This document shows, piece by piece, positions 37,590 to 40,445 of a DNA stretch of 40,445 nt. The stretch lies in IMG/VR virus record IMGVR_UViG_3300045738_000688, positions 1 through 40,445 of that record. The stretch is one strand, 5' to 3'. Every line of letters begins with the position of its first letter. Positions within the stretch are counted from its first letter, which is position 1. The position numbers were made by a program, and so were the translations under genes. The stretch comes from a virus. Lineage: Duplodnaviria; Caudoviricetes. The notes under the pieces were generated by a model, which searched no databases, had not been told where the DNA came from, and saw only the letters and a list, made by a program, of their open reading frames with translations.

Positions 37590-40445
37590 TGGCATTTAAT
37601 GTAAACGAATTCTTGAGCGACAACTCGGCATCAACTGGAGGGGAATTCGATGTAAACGAATTCCTAGCTGAAGGAGCCAGAGAACCGAATAGGCAGGCTA
37701 GACTGCTTAACCCATCTGCTAGTCAGGCTGCTGACAAGGGGTTTGACATTGGGGTCGCACAGAAGGCGGCAGTGGACGATTGGGTCGCCAATCAGCACGG
37801 AGCCAACATCGATGATGTCTCAGGTGCCAAGCATGACGCCTATGCACGAGCTGCGGGGCTGAGTGGCAATGCGGATACTGACTTTGAGACGATCAAGCAG
37901 CGTCAACTTGAGATCGATGAGCGTAAAAATAAGGTGATCCGAGATAGCGGGTTCACGGTTACTGCTTCCGGGACTATCGTGGCAAATGTGCAGCCGGGGG
38001 ATCAGTCTCCTGCGACTCCTGCGACGAAGTTCAATGCAGCCAAATCCAAGGAGGCGTATGACTATTTGCTCGAAGCGGCTAAATCTGAGGAGATTCAGCA
38101 GATCGCGAAGGATGCGAAAAGCGTAAAGGGATTCATGGAGGTGCTGAAAGAGAACAGGCACGATTTGATCCCTGTGCCGATTGCTGGCGCGATGGATGAC
38201 ATTCAAGAAGCCTTCAATGCAATGGATATGATTCGAGGCGTTGAGGATGGAACTGCCTCTGATGTGGATATGATTGAAATGTATCGCTACATCACTGAGC
38301 AGCAGCGTGAGCGCTCTATCGGTGGCGGTGTGGCTGAGATCGTTACTGGATTGCCTCAATTTATGGCTGATATTGGTATTGGCTTCGGGATGTATGGCGC
38401 TGGTCGTGCGCTCGTGACGTCCGGCGCTAAAAAGATCCTGTCTAAGAAGTTCATGGATAAGGTGGAGGGTAGCCTGATTAAACGTGGTATCTTCAAGGCG
38501 GCTCAAGTGACTGTGGGCGTGACTGCATCTGCTCCGGTGTCCGGCGCTGGTATGGCTGCGACTGAGTTCTATACTGGAAAACTGCCTGAGCTTGGTATCG
38601 GTGAGACTAAGGAGGGTCTGTCTCTGCTCGTGGGTGAGGCTCGTGAGGATAATTTGTATCGCTCGGTAGGCACTGCGTATATCGAGCTGCTGTCTGAGCG
38701 CACTGGTGGAGCAATCGGGCATTTAGCTGCTCCGATTAAGGCTAAGCTGGTCAAGACTTCGCTGGTGAAACTGATCGCGTCAAAGAATCCCGGTATCTCA
38801 TTCGACAAGCTCAAGGGGTTTGTCGATTCGGTGGGATACAATGGGATTTTGGGAGAAATGTTTGAGGAGCGGGTTGGTGAGGTCGCTCGGTTCGGTGCTG
38901 GGATCGATGAGGAGTATCACCTGCCTACGGGCAAGCAGTTGGTGACTGAGCTGCTTGCGTTCTCAATCCCTACTGGTGGAGTCGCTTCGATGCAGGGACT
39001 AGGGATTGCGGCTGATCGTATCCAAAACGGGAAATATGGAAATATCGGTAAGGCGATGGAGCGGCAAATGCCTTTCAATAGCGATGGCTCCTACAATCCG
39101 AACTACCGACCAATGCCGATCTTCGATAAGGACGGCAATGTGGACGACGAGATCCAGAACCTGATGATGGGGTATCAGGATCTAAAGGCAGAGCGCGATG
39201 AGCTGGAGAAGGAAGCGAAGCCTGCGAGTGGAGACACTGACGGCAAGGAAGCCGAGGAGCAGGCCAAGAAGAAAGCGGACATGGACGAGAAGCTCGAAGG
39301 GATGGAGCGTGCGTTCAGCGACTTGATCGATTCTAGGTCAGAGAAATACGGGCTGACAGACACTCTAGGCCAAGATGCTGCTGGCATCCGAGCCTTCAAC
39401 TTGAAGCTGGCAGTCGGTCTCGACCCGATGGAGGGTGCGACTGCAACAGACTGGAAGTTCATCGATCAGAACTATTCAGACTCAGAGACTGCTGACCACG
39501 TCCTTCAATCTACCTCTAACCCTGACATGGTTCCGATTGCATTGGCAGCGAAGCATGGTGACACGGAAGCTCAGGAGACCTACGCAGACCAATTCTTTTT
39601 CGCAGACGATGCGTTGGGCGATGCTGAAGGCATCCTTGACCCTGAAGAGCGCGAGAAAGTCCTCGCAGAGTTTACCCGAGAGGAGCGTGAGAAACTGCAG
39701 GCCGACATCGAACTCCGAGTTCACGAAAAGAACGAGAAGATTCGCCGCGAAGCAAACGATGCTGTCCTGTCCATCGTGGACGAACTCGCACGAGGTGACG
39801 TTGAGATCGATGCAGACGACTCTCGCGTCGTGACCTTCCTGTCCGCTATGGAGGAGCAGGCCAAGGCCAAGGGCTGGGATCAGGACACCAAGGAGGCTCG
39901 TATCACCGAGGAGCTCATCAAGGCAGCAGAGAATCAAGGCATCAGTCTAGAGGAGATCCGTGCCAAGGTGAAGAATCTGAAGATCACCGGAGAGACCAGC
40001 ACCGAGTTCATCGAGGACGTGCTGACCTACAAGATCAAGCTGAACCAAGGCCAGACACCGGATACAATTTACGAAGAAATGGGACACGTTGAGTTCCGTC
40101 GCCTCAAGGCCGCAGTCGGCACTAAGGAGGCAGTCGCTCAAGTGCTCAAATGGAAGAAGGGCATCGAAGCCGAGACAGGTGAGGTGACCCACGGAGACAC
40201 CGAAGGTCAGCTCGACGAGTGGCTGGCACGTAAGGGTGTCGCATGGGCAATCAAGAACCACCAAGACCAGCAGAAGATGAACACCATCCCCGAGGCAATC
40301 GCAGCGTGGATGAAGCGGTTCGTCGCGAAGTTGAAGAGCGTGTTCGCAGATGCTGACCTGCTGCGACGTCTGGACGCTGAAGGCAAGCTCGACCCAGAGC
40401 TGAAGGCATTCATGCAGCGTGCTATCGGTGAGACCGAAGGCAAGC
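37589..40445 (+). CDS. Giant internal virion protein, N-terminal part, runs off the window end
   Basis: TAATG coupling at 37589 (MAFNVNEFLSD...FDVNEFL). The track lists no closed ORF in this frame, consistent with it staying open to ...RAIGETEGK. Zincin-like DTIYEEMGH...LDEWLA near 40060-40230. Confidence 0.85.
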   Translation, partial: MAFNVNEFLSDNSASTGGEFDVNEFLAEGAREPNRQARLLNPSASQAADKGFDIGVAQKAAVDDWVANQHGANIDDVSGAKHDAYARAAGLSGNADTDFETIKQRQLEIDERKNKVIRDSGFTVTASGTIVANVQPGDQSPATPATKFNAAKSKEAYDYLLEAAKSEEIQQIAKDAKSVKGFMEVLKENRHDLIPVPIAGAMDDIQEAFNAMDMIRGVEDGTASDVDMIEMYRYITEQQRERSIGGGVAEIVTGLPQFMADIGIGFGMYGAGRALVTSGAKKILSKKFMDKVEGSLIKRGIFKAAQVTVGVTASAPVSGAGMAATEFYTGKLPELGIGETKEGLSLLVGEAREDNLYRSVGTAYIELLSERTGGAIGHLAAPIKAKLVKTSLVKLIASKNPGISFDKLKGFVDSVGYNGILGEMFEERVGEVARFGAGIDEEYHLPTGKQLVTELLAFSIPTGGVASMQGLGIAADRIQNGKYGNIGKAMERQMPFNSDGSYNPNYRPMPIFDKDGNVDDEIQNLMMGYQDLKAERDELEKEAKPASGDTDGKEAEEQAKKKADMDEKLEGMERAFSDLIDSRSEKYGLTDTLGQDAAGIRAFNLKLAVGLDPMEGATATDWKFIDQNYSDSETADHVLQSTSNPDMVPIALAAKHGDTEAQETYADQFFFADDALGDAEGILDPEEREKVLAEFTREEREKLQADIELRVHEKNEKIRREANDAVLSIVDELARGDVEIDADDSRVVTFLSAMEEQAKAKGWDQDTKEARITEELIKAAENQGISLEEIRAKVKNLKITGETSTEFIEDVLTYKIKLNQGQTPDTIYEEMGHVEFRRLKAAVGTKEAVAQVLKWKKGIEAETGEVTHGDTEGQLDEWLARKGVAWAIKNHQDQQKMNTIPEAIAAWMKRFVAKLKSVFADADLLRRLDAEGKLDPELKAFMQRAIGETEGK

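Noticed and set aside
37820-38722. 300-aa minus-strand ORF (and similar ones at 27649-28398 and 29870-30676)
   Set aside because: Antisense shadows of well-supported plus-strand genes.
1-40445. CRISPR array, integrase/att site, IS element, terminal repeats
   Set aside because: No regularly spaced repeats, recombinase or transposase motifs, or end duplication were seen.

Overview
The window is a near-complete, apparently circularly permuted tailed-phage genome with a podovirus-type (T7/BPP-1-like) morphogenesis module: TerS, TerL, portal, scaffold, major capsid, tail tubular A and B, three internal virion proteins and a tail fibre. It also has a lambdoid-style recombination/replication module: ERF, a DUF3127 SSB-like protein, a PAPS-reductase-like protein, a DnaC-like ATPase, NinB and a RuvC-like resolvase. 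The break falls inside a giant (>3,400 aa if the two ends are one gene) polyvalent internal virion protein carrying a zincin-like domain, two tandem ADP-ribosyltransferase-like domains and a DUF3293-like domain. I could not recognise an integrase, DNA polymerase, primase, replication initiator or endolysin. The most unusual signals are non-coding: a ~550-nt densely structured region between divergent promoters (twin AGAU-loop hairpins, a terminator whose loop pairs upstream, a terminal G-tract), four promoters sharing one operator, a cloverleaf RNA in an early leader, a duplicated 38-bp translation-start hairpin and a CACACATCA leader motif. Other oddities are a lysis-position cassette with an alpha/beta hydrolase instead of an endolysin and a vWA domain inserted in the tail nozzle. 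All family assignments come from motif recognition by eye; no searches were run.
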